Part shown: piece by piece, positions 39,042 to 52,290 of the stretch
How positions within the stretch are numbered: the stretch's first letter is position 1
How the letters are laid out: each line of letters begins with the position of its first letter
Source: Felis catus
Lineage: Eukaryota
Reading direction: 5' to 3'
Length of the DNA stretch: 64,000 nucleotides
Assembly (NCBI RefSeq): GCF_018350175.1
Contig: NC_058368.1
Location: 29,638,001-29,702,000, forward strand
The notes under the pieces: generated by a model
Told to the model about the DNA's origin: nothing
The model's database searches: none
Seen by the model: only the letters and a program-made list of their open reading frames with translations
Position numbers and translations under genes: made by a program

Positions 39042-40640
39042 CTAGGAAATAAAATTTTATGCATCCATCTATCCATTGGTTCATTTACTCAATGTGTTGA
39101 GTGTCTACCGCGAACCGGGCACTGTTCCAGGCGCTGGGTATGGGCATGAACAGAACAGATGGCATGCCTGCACTCACGGAGCTTACCTCGTTGTGTTATT
39201 TACCAAAAATAAAAGGCAGAGGGGAAGTCAGGTGGTGGTAAGTGCTATGGAGAAAAATACAGCAGAGTGTGAGACAGGAATGACAGAGGTGGTACTTTTG
39301 ACAGTGTGGTCGGGGAGGCCCCAGTCAGGGGCATGTGAACTGACACGGAGTATGATCATTGCTCCGTTAACCCAAGCAGGCTCAGATGAAATGCTGCCTC
39401 GTCCAGGCAGCTTTCTCTGACCCTGATTTCCCATAAGCCCTCCAGTCTTCATTCCCTCCTGTGGCACTTAGTTCTCAGTGCCTGTGCGGTCACTCCTGGT
39501 CAAGGTCCTGGCCCCACTCAATGATAAGCCTCTTTGATATTGGTATCGGAATCTTTTATCTTTCTGGTGATCCCACGAAGGTTCTCAAAAGATGGGGGCC
39601 CAATTAATTAATTCCATGGATTCCGATTTTTCCTAGGTCACCCAGCCAGGGAAATAGCAACACTTCGACAACACCAGGAACTGACCTTTGTTCCTAGACC
39701 TTACCTGAGGACTCAGATGTTTTGTTCTTGTCCCCTGTGTGACACAAACAGTGTCTCCTTGTCAGCCTAGGGACTGGCCTTAAGGGAAACCTCGTCCACG
39801 GGGCTCCGGTGTTGGCTGACAGCTCGGTGCTGATGCTACCTCGGGTGCATCAGGCACAACAGTACGTTCTGTCCCAAGAGTGTTTCCTTTCACCCTGCTG
39901 GTGAATTTCATGACGAGTGAGTGGCCAAAAGCAGTATGAAAGGCCTACAGATTTTATGCCCGAACAACATAGACACCAACAGAAACCCAAACCCCTCAAC
40001 TTGTCAATCTGTTCAGTTGGGACAAATGTCAGGAAGATAAGGACCTTGTTCCAGCATCAGTGCCGCACAGTGGGGGAGGAAGAGCATTTAGAAACCTCCG
40101 GGGCTTGGCTCAGGACACTGCCTTCCTCGGAGAAGAACAGAGTCAAATGTAAGTCATGCTAGAAGACACTTGTGGCAAGTCGCACCGTTTGTAATCTGAG
40201 AGCCAGCAGCCTTGCAAACGCTGGTGACAGAGCAGAGAGCAGAGAAGGAAAGGCTCGTTCTTCCTGAAGCTCCTTGTGCTCTCCCCTGTGGCCTAATTGG
40301 CCATGATCGCACATGTGACATGTTCGTCTTAGCATCACCTCTCGCCCAGAGAGCGGTGGTAGCAACATCCCCTCACTCTCCAGGAGGAGGGACTCCAGGT
40401 TTACTGTGCGACTTCTCAACTCACTGCACCAAAGCCACCTGGACAGATTTTAAAACCATGGATGCCTGGGGCTCTCCCCAGAGATTCCCGTTTCACTGGC
40501 CTGGGGCAGTGCCCAGACAGTGGGATGCTTCAAAGCTCCCTGTGTCGTTACAATGTAAACCTGGGGTCGAGGACCATCCGGTTAGGGTGAAAACAACTTG
40601 TTCAAGGTGACAACGTTCTTAAATGACTGAAACCACCTGC

Positions 40641-40993
40641 TGTAGACTGACTGTTTTTGTCCCCTCACCCGAGTACCTATGTTGAAACCTAACGCCCAAT
40701 GTGGTGGTATTTGGAGGTAAGGCCTTTGGAAAGTTAAAGGCAGAGCCCTCGTGAGTGGGATTAGTGCCTCATAAAAGGGACCCCAGAGAGCTCCCTCACC
40801 CCCCTTCTGCCACGTGAGGACACAGTGAGAAGACAGGCCAACTATGAACCAGAAACTAGGGCCACCATAGACCCTCATCAGCTAGTGCCTTAATTTTGGA
40901 CCAACCAGCCTCCAGAACTGTGAGAGGTTCCTGCGGTTTAGAAGTCACTCCATCTATGATACTTTGTTACGGCAGCGTGCGTGAGCTAAGACA
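40641..40993 (+). mobile_element. MLT1A-like solo LTR
   Basis: Typical start (TGTAGACTGA..TTTGTCCCCTCA..TATGTTGAAACCTAACGCCCAATGTG) and end (..GCAGC..CTAAGACA). Confidence 0.8.
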
Positions 40994-41034
40994 CAGCCTT
41001 TGAATCCAGGATTCTTCTATACCACCAGCTCACC

Positions 41035-41206
41035 AATTTTCCCTTGCATCAAAATCACCTGGAGGACTTGATAAATAAAATAGTGTTGGGCCCTGCCCCC
41101 GGAGATTCTGATCCAGGTCTGGAGTGGGGACTGAACTCTGCACTTCCAATAAGCTCCTAGGTGCTGCCGCTGCTGGTGGCCTAGGGAACACGTTTTGAGA
41201 ACCACT
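41035..41206. mobile_element. MER5A-like hAT-Charlie MITE (similar remnants at ~14675-14850, 40420-40575, 46410-46575, 48100-48245)
   Basis: GCATCAAAATCACCTGGAGGACTTG ... TTTGAGAACCACTG. Confidence 0.65.
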
Positions 41207-42374
41207 GTTCTCTGCTCTCTCCTGCAGACCTGCTGCTCGTATTCTGCATGCACATCTAGGGCTCGTGGTTTGAAAAACAGAAGGCAGTGGGGGGAGAGTA
41301 CTGCTGCCCCCGTGCCATATGTCCTTTTCACTTCACACCCTTATATCCTCTGAATGTGAGGTGCGAGGGGGAAACACCATATAACCGTCGCCATATCCCC
41401 CAAGGAGAGAGCTGATTCTGTCAAAGGATTCACAGCCCCGATGTGAATCTCGTGTTGAGTTAGTTCTGACAGTCTACACACTGCAAAGAGAGCCGAAGCC
41501 CCATAGGGATGGGTCCTGTGGGAAGGAATTCACACGTCTGAAACACCTTGTCTGGCTACAAATCCATATCACGCAGCCAGATCTTTGAAGAGATTAAACA
41601 GCAGGAATGGAAAAGCACAAGAAAGCCAAGCAAACCTCCTGCTTCTGCAAACAAACAAGGCCTCAGAAGCTGGTGATAATGAAGAAATTTGCTAACAAAG
41701 ATAATGAGGGAAGAGTCCAATGCTCTCACATTCTTTTAATAATTAGAGTCAGGCAATCTCATTGTAGCTGCACAGTTTTTCTTTCTAGAGGATCTCATAG
41801 GATTTCTGTGGCTTCAACCAGAAGTTCCCAACAAGTTCCCAAGAGGGCACTTTAGAAATCGTTCAGGGAGTTCTGAGTTGTCACAAAGACTGGGGCTCTC
41901 CTGGGCTTCCTCAGGCAGAGCCCAGGGATGCTGGGCCCCAGAGAGCCCAGGGAAGCCCCGAAGACCTGACTGCCCTGGGGCCTGGGGGAAAAACCTGATT
42001 GTAAGTATCTGTGCCTACACTCGAACACCCTTTTACGTATAAAGACAAAGCGACTTTTGGCAAAGTTTCCATGTATGATGATGACATTCTTAGGAATGCA
42101 ATTACTATGAAAATAGAGAGAAGATGGTAGTTTTGCTCACTGTTTGAGAAAACAGGCTGGTATTTAATCTGCCAACACACCCTTAAGTCAGTCTGCATTT
42201 TAGGCTGCGGCACTGACAGCAATTCACCTATGGGAGCAAGCATCTGACTTCAGGATGTTTTTGAGTTCGTCAGGCTGAGCATTAACATATTGAAGTCCAA
42301 GTTAGTTTATAAGTTACTCTGGTTTTACTTTTCTTTTCTGTTTTAGTTGGGAGCCATGTTGACTTTGTAAACTT

Positions 42375-42862
42375 TTTTTGAGTATGGTTGACACGCAATG
42401 TGACATTAGTTTCAGGTGTACAACATAGCGATTCAACAAGTCCATACGTTATACAGTGCTCACCACAGGCATAGCTACCATCTGTCACCATACAACCTAT
42501 TACGATACCATTGACTGTACTCCCTGTGCTGTGCCTTTCATCCCCATGACTTATTCATGCCATAACTGGAAGCCTGAATCTCCCACTCCCCTTCACCCAT
42601 TTTGCCCAACCCCTCATCCTTCTTCCCTTTGGAAACCATCAGTTTGTTCTTTGTAGTTATAGGTCTGATCTGCTTTTTGTTTGTTTTTTACTTTTTGTTT
42701 ATTCATTTGTTTTTTAGATTCTATATGTAAGCGAAATCATATGGTGTTTGTCTTTCTCTGTCTGACTTATTTCACTTAGCATAATACCCTTTAGGTATCT
42801 ATCTATGTTGTAGAAAATAGCAAGATGCTATCCTTTTTATGGCTGAGTAATATTCCACTTTA

Positions 42863-42908
<46 letters not shown>

Positions 42909-43112
42909 ATCTGCCTATTTGTACCACATCTTCTTTATTCATCTAGTGATGGATATTTGGGTTCCTTCCATATCTTGGCTATTGTAAATACTGCTGCAAT
43001 GAACACAGAGGTGCATGTATCTTCTCGAATTAGTGTTTTCATATTCTTTGGGTAAATACTCAGCATGAGAATTATTGCATCATATGGTATTTCTATTTTT
43101 AATTTTTTGAGG
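42375..43112 (-). mobile_element. L1 3'-end fragment containing a (CTAT)n microsatellite (~42863-42907)
   Basis: L1 3'UTR/ORF2-end sequence (TGTCTTTCTCTGTCTGACTTATTTCACTTAGCATAAT...). Confidence 0.85.
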
Positions 43113-43427
43113 AAGGGTTATGTCGATTTTTGAAATCACTAATCTACCTATCTGTGAGGTAGGTTATGCTATTTTATTTTTCTCTAGCTTTGTAAATTAA
43201 AACTTTCAAATATACACAAAGTTAAAAGAAATTGTGTAGTGAACACTAGTATATACATATCAGTTTATTCTATCTTAATTTCTAACCAGGGTTATTAGTA
43301 TATAAATGAGTCATTAAGTCTGAAAGTGTTGGCTTAAACCAATAGCATTGATAATTTTGATGGCAAAACTTTTTAGAACGTAACTCATGCACTCTGAACA
43401 AACCCCTTTTTGTATTCCTTGGGGTAC

Positions 43428-43815
43428 TGACGAAGACCTTCCTTGACCCAACTCTAGTCAGGTTCCTCTGAGTCCTCTTTTTGCCTAGGCCCTGACTGTG
43501 GGCTCTGTCTTGGCCACTTTATTCCAGTTTTAGCAAGTATCCTGCTGAGTCTGCCTTGATATCTGATCACCTTGGCTTGGCTTCAGAAAAATCCTGTTGG
43601 TTTGGTTTAGTAAAGAACTACTGTACCTCTTAGTAACTTTCTATCCACTGATATCCCCACTCTGCTCCTTGGCTATAAATTGCCCCTTTTCCTTACTGTA
43701 TTCAGAGTTAAACGCAATCTCTCTCCCCTACTATAAAACATCACTGTAGTAGCTTCCCTTGAACATGGTCCTCTTCCCTTCTTTAACAAGTGCCCTGAAT
43801 GATTTTTCTTTCACA
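43428..43815 (+). mobile_element. MER31-like (ERV1) solo LTR in CNMD intron 3
   Basis: TG...CA ends. Contains CTTGACCCAACTCTAGTCAGG, GATATCTGATCACC and CTGCTCCTTGGCTATAAAT motifs. Confidence 0.75.
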
Positions 43816-46028
43816 CTATGGAGACTGGAGTCCTCTGTTCAGTGCTATTCCCTCTCAGGAGGGTTTTCTTCCTAGTGGCTCTACTAAAACCTTGGTGTGG
43901 TCCTAGGTTACCAGGGGAGACTGTTCCCTTACAGTTCAGAGCCTTTCCTCATCTGGCCCCTGCCTCTACTCCCCTTCCCCACCATTCTGCCATGTTGGGC
44001 TACTTAGAACTCAAGAGCAGGCCTGTGCATTTGTATTCAGTATTCCTCTGAGTCTCTACTTCTCTGCTGGTTGAAATCCTAATCATTCTTCGAGACCTGA
44101 TTCAACTGTCACAACCTCTGTAAAACCTGCTTCAGTGCCCTCAGTGCACGCAACTGCCCCCTTCTGTGACCCACAGCACTGCGTTTATAGCTCTGTGGCA
44201 GCACATCTCCCAGGCTGACCCGAAGTCACTTCTGTGAAGAATGTCTGCGCCCCCCAACCCACCCCTCCCCCACACCCGCACCCTGGTCTGGACTGTAAGG
44301 TCCAGGAGGGAGGGAGCAAGTATCAGTCATCTTTGCATCCCTCATGCTTCATACTGTCCCATGCACACAGTAGGCCCTGAAAAATAAACACCTCTTGGAT
44401 CTGACTGTTGGTTTAATGTATAGGAGAAAGTAATAGTGCCAGTACCATAGTGGCTGATTCATGTGTTTTCAAAAGTCCAGGCTTGTTTAAACCCATAACA
44501 GGTTCTATCCATCAAAAAAATGTCCTACTCACCAGTTCTGACTTAGAGAAATGTGGAAGCTATCAAAGAGAATTGATCAGCTTATAAAATATTTGTGGCC
44601 CTGTTGGCTTATGAGAACAAAACACAATCAATACCATTATTAGAACCAGAGGATTATAAAACAGAAATATAGGCCTGGGATTAAAATATTTTAAAAATAT
44701 ACTCCTGATTCATGCCCCTTTGAAGAGATGGATCTTTTCTCATTCATCTGTGAAGCTACCTTTGCATATCTTGATACTGTGGCACATCATAGGTATTCAA
44801 TTTTGTTCTGGATTGAATGATGTGTGTGTGGGAGTCACATTTTATCATTTTACATTGAGTAGTACAAAGAAAAAATGCTTTTGCCTTGTCCTGGGTCTGG
44901 CAGTAAAAGCCTTTAATAGGCCCAGAGAAATTATCTTTCTGCACTGACCAGAACCATTTGCAAAGCTCTGATTAAACGAAGTACACCGGTCACATACAGG
45001 GCTGCAGAGCCTGCCCCTCCCCCTTCCCCAGGCAGAGCAGAGCCAGTCTCTGTCATGAGCAATACCTAACAGCATGGGAGTCCAAAGGTTAGCATCTGTT
45101 TGGTATTCAGTAGGACTTGTGAAATGCCTTTTGGCATCAGCAAAGGGAGTTCTTTCATTCAAATGAAAAGCATCTCTGGTTTTTCTCATCAATCGACACA
45201 AGGTGGGTCGATGAGATGTGTGCAGGCCAATAAACTATCAGAAGAGACATTATTTTCAAGTGCCTTTTTTCATTATGGAGTCTCACCTACTCCATCTACA
45301 GATTTAACGGGAGAACACAAACAGTGATGCCTCTTCCCCGTCTTAGAACAGGAAGAGAAGAAGATATTTATGGCCAACAGGAAAGAGGGCCAGGAACGAT
45401 ACTGTGATGCAGATGTCCACTGAAGCACAAAGCGTGAGGGCTAAATTGCCTGCAAATTGAACTTTTGAAAACAAATGTGTTCTCCCCTTTCAAAGCAGAC
45501 GCGAATGTTTTATCAGTAATTGGCCACGGTCAGAAAACATAGGATTATAATAGGGGAATTACTCCACGCTAATTTTCTGGGTGAAATGGGAAATCTGAAG
45601 AATTGAGCAAAGTATGTAAATAGATCCCACCTGTTGTTGATAAGATTGTTAAGTCATTACAGTTTGCCTCTTGTCTCTAAGTTCACATTTCAGACTTTGC
45701 AACATTCTAGGATACTGAGTCTTTTATTCATCATGTTATAGAAAGCTGCTTGGAAAGAAATAGCTCTTTCAAGTCCTTCTGCCAAGACTTTATATAGTTC
45801 CAAGAACTTGTTCTTTTCAGTGCCAAGGTGTTGTGTTTTTCATTCTGAAAATATAAAGGACAAAGAGTGGGCCTTTCTCAGGGGGAATATGCATGGGGGT
45901 CAGTGGCACCATGACTGCCATAAAGAACGGTTACATTGGGATGTGTGTGAGATGCTGCTTCTCTGGGGATTAGGAAAGTCTTCTGGACTTGCCTGGTTTA
46001 ACTCTCTAAATGTGTGAAATATACTTAC

Positions 46029-46169
46029 ATTCTGGAAATCATTAACTTCAATTGCTTCTTCAGCTCCACTTCCCATTTTAAAGGTCTCCAGGTTGTTCCC
46101 AGCATCTATTTCCATTGACCCATCTTGTAATTTCCCATTGATACTCATGGTATAATGGACATTGTAAAT
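46029..46169 (-). CDS. CNMD: CNMD exon 3 (IYNVHYTMSINGKLQDGSMEIDAGNNLETFKMGSGAEEAIEVNDFQN)
   Basis: CAG acceptor and GTAAGT donor. 141 nt. Peptide recognisable as chondromodulin. Confidence 0.97.
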
Positions 46170-46649
46170 CTGGAAGTGAACATAGGAGTCAGTGATGCTT
46201 TCCTTTTAGGGCAATTCAGGGCTTATCTTTAGACCTGCAGTATATGAAGTAGCTATCATATTTGTTAGAGATACACTGAATCATCGCTAGTAGTAACAGA
46301 TTTAGATATGAGGACTTCATCCATACACCCATCACTTAATACAATGATTTCTTTAAAAATACCTTCAAAGTAAAATCTTTGGTAGTCTCTAATACTAATT
46401 CAAATAGCTAAGTGATTTGCAGTCCTGGCTGCATATAAAAGTATCTGAGGAGAGTCTCCACCTACCATGCACACATTTCCCCTGAAAGAATCAAATCAAA
46501 ACCTGCAGGGATGGGGCTTGGACACAGATCTTTCTTTTTCTGAGTCAACTCTACTTTGCAGCCAGAGTTAAGACCCATCAATGGATAAATGGTTAACTGG
46601 ATTGTTAACAAGTCTGTAGCTGGCACCTCAATTTGAAAGTTTAAAAAAA

Positions 46650-46860
46650 ATTTTTTTAATGTTTATTTATTTTTGAGAGAGAGAGACAGAGAGACAGACA
46701 GAGTGTGAGTGAGGGAGGGGCAGAGAGAGAAGGAGACACAGAATCCAAAGCAGGGTCCAGGCTCCAAGCTGTCGGCACAGAGCCTGACGCGGGGCTCCAA
46801 CTCACGAACAGTGAGATCATGACCTGAGCTGCTTAACCGACTGAGTCACCCACGTGCCCC
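46650..46860 (-). mobile_element. CAN-SINE
   Basis: SINE body. CAATTTGAAAG duplication. Confidence 0.92.
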
Positions 46861-47652
46861 AATTTGAAAGGTTTTTAAAAATCCATTGGTTAAGATTGGG
46901 CACAGAGTATGGTATATAGTCAGGACTGCAGGCAGGACTGGGATATGCCTGATACAGGCAGAACAGCATTTGTGGAGTGCAAGGTCAGTGTGCCCATCTG
47001 TTTCAGCTCAAAGTGGGAGTTAGTCATTTTAATGACTATGGGACAGGCATATGGTATTGTAGGGCATTATGTTATGAGACGTGTCGGGGAAGAAGGGACG
47101 GAGACTTGGCCTCAGCAAAGAGCACTGGCCCAGGAATCAGAAAAACAAGTGGCCACCCCACTTATCCCTGGGTCTTGAGAGTTGCTTTGGGCATAAAATA
47201 AAGAAGTTGGCCCTCATAGACGGTTCTCGTTTGTGTCCTTGGAGCTCTGAGGTTTCACGGCGGTGGCCCACAGGTGAGGGTGGCAGAGCAGGTGGGGCTG
47301 TGATGTGGTCCTTTGTCTCCTGTTCATCTGCAATTTAACTAGGTGGCTCTGCTTGTTGTCTCTTTTATGTTTTGGATTTTTAAGTAAGATCTTAAGAAAA
47401 ATAACTCCATGAAATCTATATATTTTTAATTTATGACTAAATTACATGGTCCAAAGGGCTCTCTTAGTTTAGACAACTTGTTAGTATACTAACTTAAAAA
47501 ATAATTTACACACTGCTCCTGCTCAGTATGCTGCTGCCATGCTAGAACTTTCTCTGTGTTGTGGAGTAGTGGGTGGGTCTTGTCTTCCCTTCCTCCCCCT
47601 CCCCTCTCCTCCCCTTCCCCTATCTTTCCTCTTTATTTTTCTGACTTAGAAG

Positions 47653-47654
<2 letters not shown>

Positions 47655-47686
<32 letters not shown>
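47655..47686. repeat. (TG)n microsatellite
   Basis: Directly visible in the sequence. Confidence 0.95.
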
Positions 47687-47688
<2 letters not shown>

Positions 47689-48425
47689 CATACATATATA
47701 TCTTATATATAACATACAAGATATAAAATCTTTAAAGAGGAAGGACTAAGAACTGATGAGAGCCACTTGCTATTTAGTGTCAGGCCAGTAGGTCAGAACT
47801 ACAAATAGCTCAGATTCAATTCAAGTCCAATTTTCTCCATCATTATGAAGAAAGATGGCTACATGGACAAACACTGGAAGAAGTATTTGATATTACTGGA
47901 TCATTACTGGTAGAAAACTCATTATCACAAGACCCATGGAGCACAGTTTTATTTTACCAGCAGAGAAGTAGAAATGGCTTGGCTAGCCAGTACCCTTTCG
48001 GGCACCGGCCTTCATTCAGTGGAACAGAAGATACCAGCACACTGTTTCAGCTAACCGTGGGTCAGTGCCCTTCCTTCCGTCCTGGTGAACTTGGATCCCT
48101 GCAGCACACTGTCCTCCGGGCTTGGCTGATCCTGAGAACCACTTCTGGAGTTTCTGATTTAGGGGGGCTGGAGCAGTGCCCACCAGCCTGTGTTCACTCT
48201 GCATCTCAGGTGGTCCTTCTGATCAGCCCAGTTTGGGAAACCTGTTTTCTTTGGCTGGGTCCGTGCTTTTTGCAGGTAAGGTTTAGAAAGCAGGCTCTGT
48301 TCTGTCCCTGTGCTCTCTGAGCAGCCACTGTTCACATGGGCTAAGGATGACTGTCAAAAGGAGTATAGCAGACAACATCTGTGGGAGTTCCAGCCACAAG
48401 CATCCTTCACTCATGCAGTAAGAGG

Positions 48426-48426
<1 letters not shown>

Positions 48427-48467
<41 letters not shown>

Positions 48468-48503
48468 GTGTGTGTGAGAGAGAGAGGGAGAGGGAGAGAG
48501 AGA
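48427..48503. repeat. Compound (TG)n(GA)n microsatellite
   Basis: Directly visible in the sequence. Confidence 0.95.
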
Positions 48504-48707
48504 AAGCATTGCACATAAGCTTTTACTATTAAGGCAATGCAAGATCTCAGAAATGAACAGTTTGTAAGTTCTTAGCAGATCTTAAGGAGACAAAATTCTA
48601 ACACTAGGAGAGTGGTTTGTGGTCCTAATTTTACTTCCCTCCACCACCACCCCACTACCTTTGTGCCAGCAGAAACTCCCTAACTAGACACAGGTATTGC
48701 ATCATTT

Positions 48708-48786
48708 GTTTTTTTCTTATTATTTATTTAGGTTAATTAATTAATTGACAGAGAGAGAGAGAATGAGGGGGAGGGGCAGAGGGAGG

Positions 48787-48835
<49 letters not shown>

Positions 48836-48960
48836 TCCCAAGCAGGCTCTGCACGCCACACTGAGCCCCATGCAGGGCTCAATCTCACAACGGTGAGATC
48901 ATGACCTGAGCCGAAATCAAGAGTTGGGACGCTTAACCAACTGAGCCACCCAGGTGTCCC
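48708..48960 (-). mobile_element. CAN-SINE with (GA)n
   Basis: TSD GGTATTGCATCATTTGT. Confidence 0.92.
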
Positions 48961-51657
48961 GGGTATTGCATCATTTGTAATGTAGCTTTAGCCCATTCTT
49001 TATGAGGAGCACATTGTCTCCATGGGGCAGCAGTGAGAAGTCTGTGCCCTCCTGAAGGGAATGGCGGGAGGGTAAACAGTCCACAGTTATTTCCAAAGTA
49101 CTGGGCCCTACGCTCCAAAGGAGACTGGGCTGGTGGAGCAGGAATCACCTTGTCTGCTCTGAGCCGGTGGAGCTGTGGGGCACCTAAGGCTATTTTCTAA
49201 GTACAATGAAGTTTATTGTTTGCCAAAATTCTGCTCAATATGGTGCTTTTTACAGCCAAGAATATTTGCTAATGAGTTTCTAATGACGTCTGGGTTCTAT
49301 AAGATGAATTACATAACAGTTGGGACAATATCTAGAAAAATCAGTCTGAGAACAAAAGCCCCAAGCAATGATCTCATCCCCTCATCCCACAAGGTAGGAT
49401 GGTCAGCTATCTCATATTGGCGAGGCTATCCCAGATTTCAATGCCTGTTCCGTTTACGATAACGTGGGTGAGACCTGGCTTCGAAATTTGAGCTCCGTCC
49501 CTTGTTCCCAGTTATTAGCACTCTGATGTTTCCACAGTCCTGCAGCTGACTTCCAGTAAACCTGTCCTTAGGGGATTTACCCATATGAAAGGGATAGGAG
49601 GTGAATTACAGCTGGTTCTCCTCTATAAACTAATATAGAAGAACAGAGGCATGGATAATCCCCAAAGAGTGGGCAGTCCATTTGGTGGGGGATATCTTTT
49701 TGTTTGACAGAGACTTACCTTTCTGGATTACATTATGTCTGGGCTATTTACACTTCCAGGGAAAGTGGCCCTGTGCGTGTACTATGCATAGATGGTGCCA
49801 AACGTACTCTATTTTGTGTTTTGTGATTTGTTTTTCAGACTTGGGTGAGATAGATCAGCGCCAAAAATTTTGGGAGTAAAAAATGTCTACCATGATTTTC
49901 TTCATTCTTCTGCCTGTAGAGGAAATAGCAATAACTTCATTTTTGGCCAGAAAATGTGATTCACTATTCCTCTGTATTCTTAGAATTTAATACTGCTTGC
50001 TCTCTTGGACCAGACTCGGGGTAAAGTAGAAGATGAAAAGAGGGAGCCCTACTTAGTCAGTATGATCATTCCATCTCTCTTTTTAGAAGCTTGTCAGTTA
50101 GTTGTGTTTGCCTTGAATAATTAAATGCCAAATGGTATTCATTTTAATATACATCATGCCTAAAATCTTTACCCTCCAAAAAGCAAAGCTATTTTTATCT
50201 CCAAATGACCTGTACCACTGAGGTTCTGTCATCGAAAAGACAGCTTTTACATTCGAATACCATACAATTTCCCAAAGGGTGACAATCAGAAACCCTGCTA
50301 TTAATGGAGATGTAGATCTTGAAATTGTTCTCCTGTTCAGATTTGCTGCTTTCAAACATGAGCATTTGGCCTAACTTTTCTATTTAAAATACAAATACAT
50401 TACAGCACTTTTCAAATACACACAAAAATACTGTGCAATTCTGATCTTACAAATCGATGCTTGTAAATTTGATATAGTCTCTAAAACAGACTCAGCGCTA
50501 AATGGCATGATTATCTACAGTAGGCATTTGAGTTAAAAATACAAATTATGCAGTGACTGCGGAAGATGTGATGTGTAAAATGGTTGAATTGCTTTCAGCA
50601 CCATTTTCTCTAAGTACTGGAATTCGTTCATGCTTTGAGTTTCATGGTTGGGCGGGGGTTACCCCCCGCAAACAGCAGCCACAGCTCCTCTGAGGGAAGT
50701 GATTAAGAAACAGCCCTTTGTGTGCACCCTGGAGATGGAATTCTTTTCCATTAGTCGAAATAAGCTTATACCAGGCCTGGCAGTGGTCATCAAGATAAAA
50801 TGTCCCCCTTTACATAGGTGAACAAAATTCAGAGTATTTAGAGAACACCCTGGAACTCTGCCCAGTCAAGCTAGAAGCAGTTTTTATACTCCTTGAGAGA
50901 TGGTGGAGCTATAAAATAGTTACATACAAAGAAAGTGGGACAGCAGTTAGTGAAACATTTGCCGTTAAATCACACGTGACTAGGCCAGAATTGATTTTTA
51001 AAGAGATTTGCCACCTTTAAGGAATTTCTTTTCCTTAGGGCAAGAGAGAAGGGAGCATTCATGGATAGGTCTTATGCAATAAACAGACAAAAACTCCTGA
51101 AAATTCAGATTCATCCCCAATACTGGGTCTGAATGTTACTCCACTATCTTTGTCCTAGGTTCTTAAAGTCACAGCCCTTCTCAGCTGGGAGAGGTCCTAC
51201 AGATCATTGAATTCCACTTCTAACCCAAGGGATGAGGCCAGAGGGGTGCGGTGCCTCACCCACAGTCACACAGTCACACGACTGCAAGCGATCCGCTGAG
51301 ACCGGCAGAAAATGGCTTTCCCCTACCTGTCCATGGATTTTCCCGCTACTCTACCTTTTAATATTCTCTGTTAAAACCCTGACTTGCTTTTCTACAAAGT
51401 AGCCAAGAGCAGAGAGCAGCGCGGCCGTGTGGGAGGGAAGAAGGGAGAAGGTGCCCCGAGGGGACCCATAGGAAAGCTCGAGCTGGGGCGAGCCGCCTGC
51501 TCCGGCCCTGCGCTCTGGCTCCACCTAGAGGTGAACATGCGGGTGACAGCGAGGACCCCGCCGCCCCGCGCGCCTCCCGGCCCCGCGCGCCTCCCCGCCC
51601 CGCGCACCCGCACTCGCCCTGGTGTCCGCACTCCTGAGCGACGCCCTCTGGACTTAC

Positions 51658-51798
51658 GTGATTGTCGCTCCCCTTCCAGAAGTAGAAGGCCCCGATGGTC
51701 CCGAAGAGCAGCAGCACCGCGCCCGAAATGAGAACCACAGCTCCGAGCTTGAGCAGCCGCGCGGGGCTGGAGGGCTTCACGGTCACCGTGGCGTACGC
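51658..51798 (-). CDS. CNMD: CNMD exon 2, type II transmembrane segment (AYATVTVKPSSPARLLKLGAVVLISGAVLLLFGTIGAFYFWKGSDNH)
   Basis: CAG acceptor at 51801-51799 and GTAAGT donor. 141 nt, phase 0. Encodes a hydrophobic TM stretch. Confidence 0.97.
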
Positions 51799-52218
51799 CT
51801 GAGGACCGGGGCCGGGGGTGGGGGGAGGACGGGTCACATCTGCGCCGCGCCGCCTGGGACTCGGGGCTGGGGTGGGGGACGGCGCGCCCCCTTTCGCGGC
51901 GCTCCCTCCCGAAGGTCCCTTGAACTTAGCGTGGATGTACGATAAGCAAACTTTTGGCGGAGCAGGGCCATCGCCCCGCGGCTCTGCACCCTCCTCCGGC
52001 CACAGTACGCCTGCTCCTGGGTCCCGGCCCACGCTCCCCTTCCCACTGGTCTGCGGATCCCGGGCCCCCTGCACACGCACATATTTGGGGACCCACCTCC
52101 CACATTCGGTGGCACAAATCCCTGACTCCGGGCAGTCGATCCAGGCACCCGCGCAAAGGCCCGGCCCTGCGTGTCCACTGACCCGGCAGCGGGACCGGGG
52201 ATTCGGAGCTGTACTCAC

Positions 52219-52290
52219 CGGGGGACTGCAAAACTCGACGTCGTCAGGCCCCACTAGGGCGATGGGAACTTTGTCGGAGTTTTCTGTCAT
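52219..52290 (-). CDS. CNMD: Chondromodulin coding exon 1 (MTENSDKVPIALVGPDDVEFCSPP)
   Basis: The translation matches the chondromodulin N-terminus. ATG is in a GCCATGA context at 52290. 72 nt; followed by a GTGAGT donor. Confidence 0.97.
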
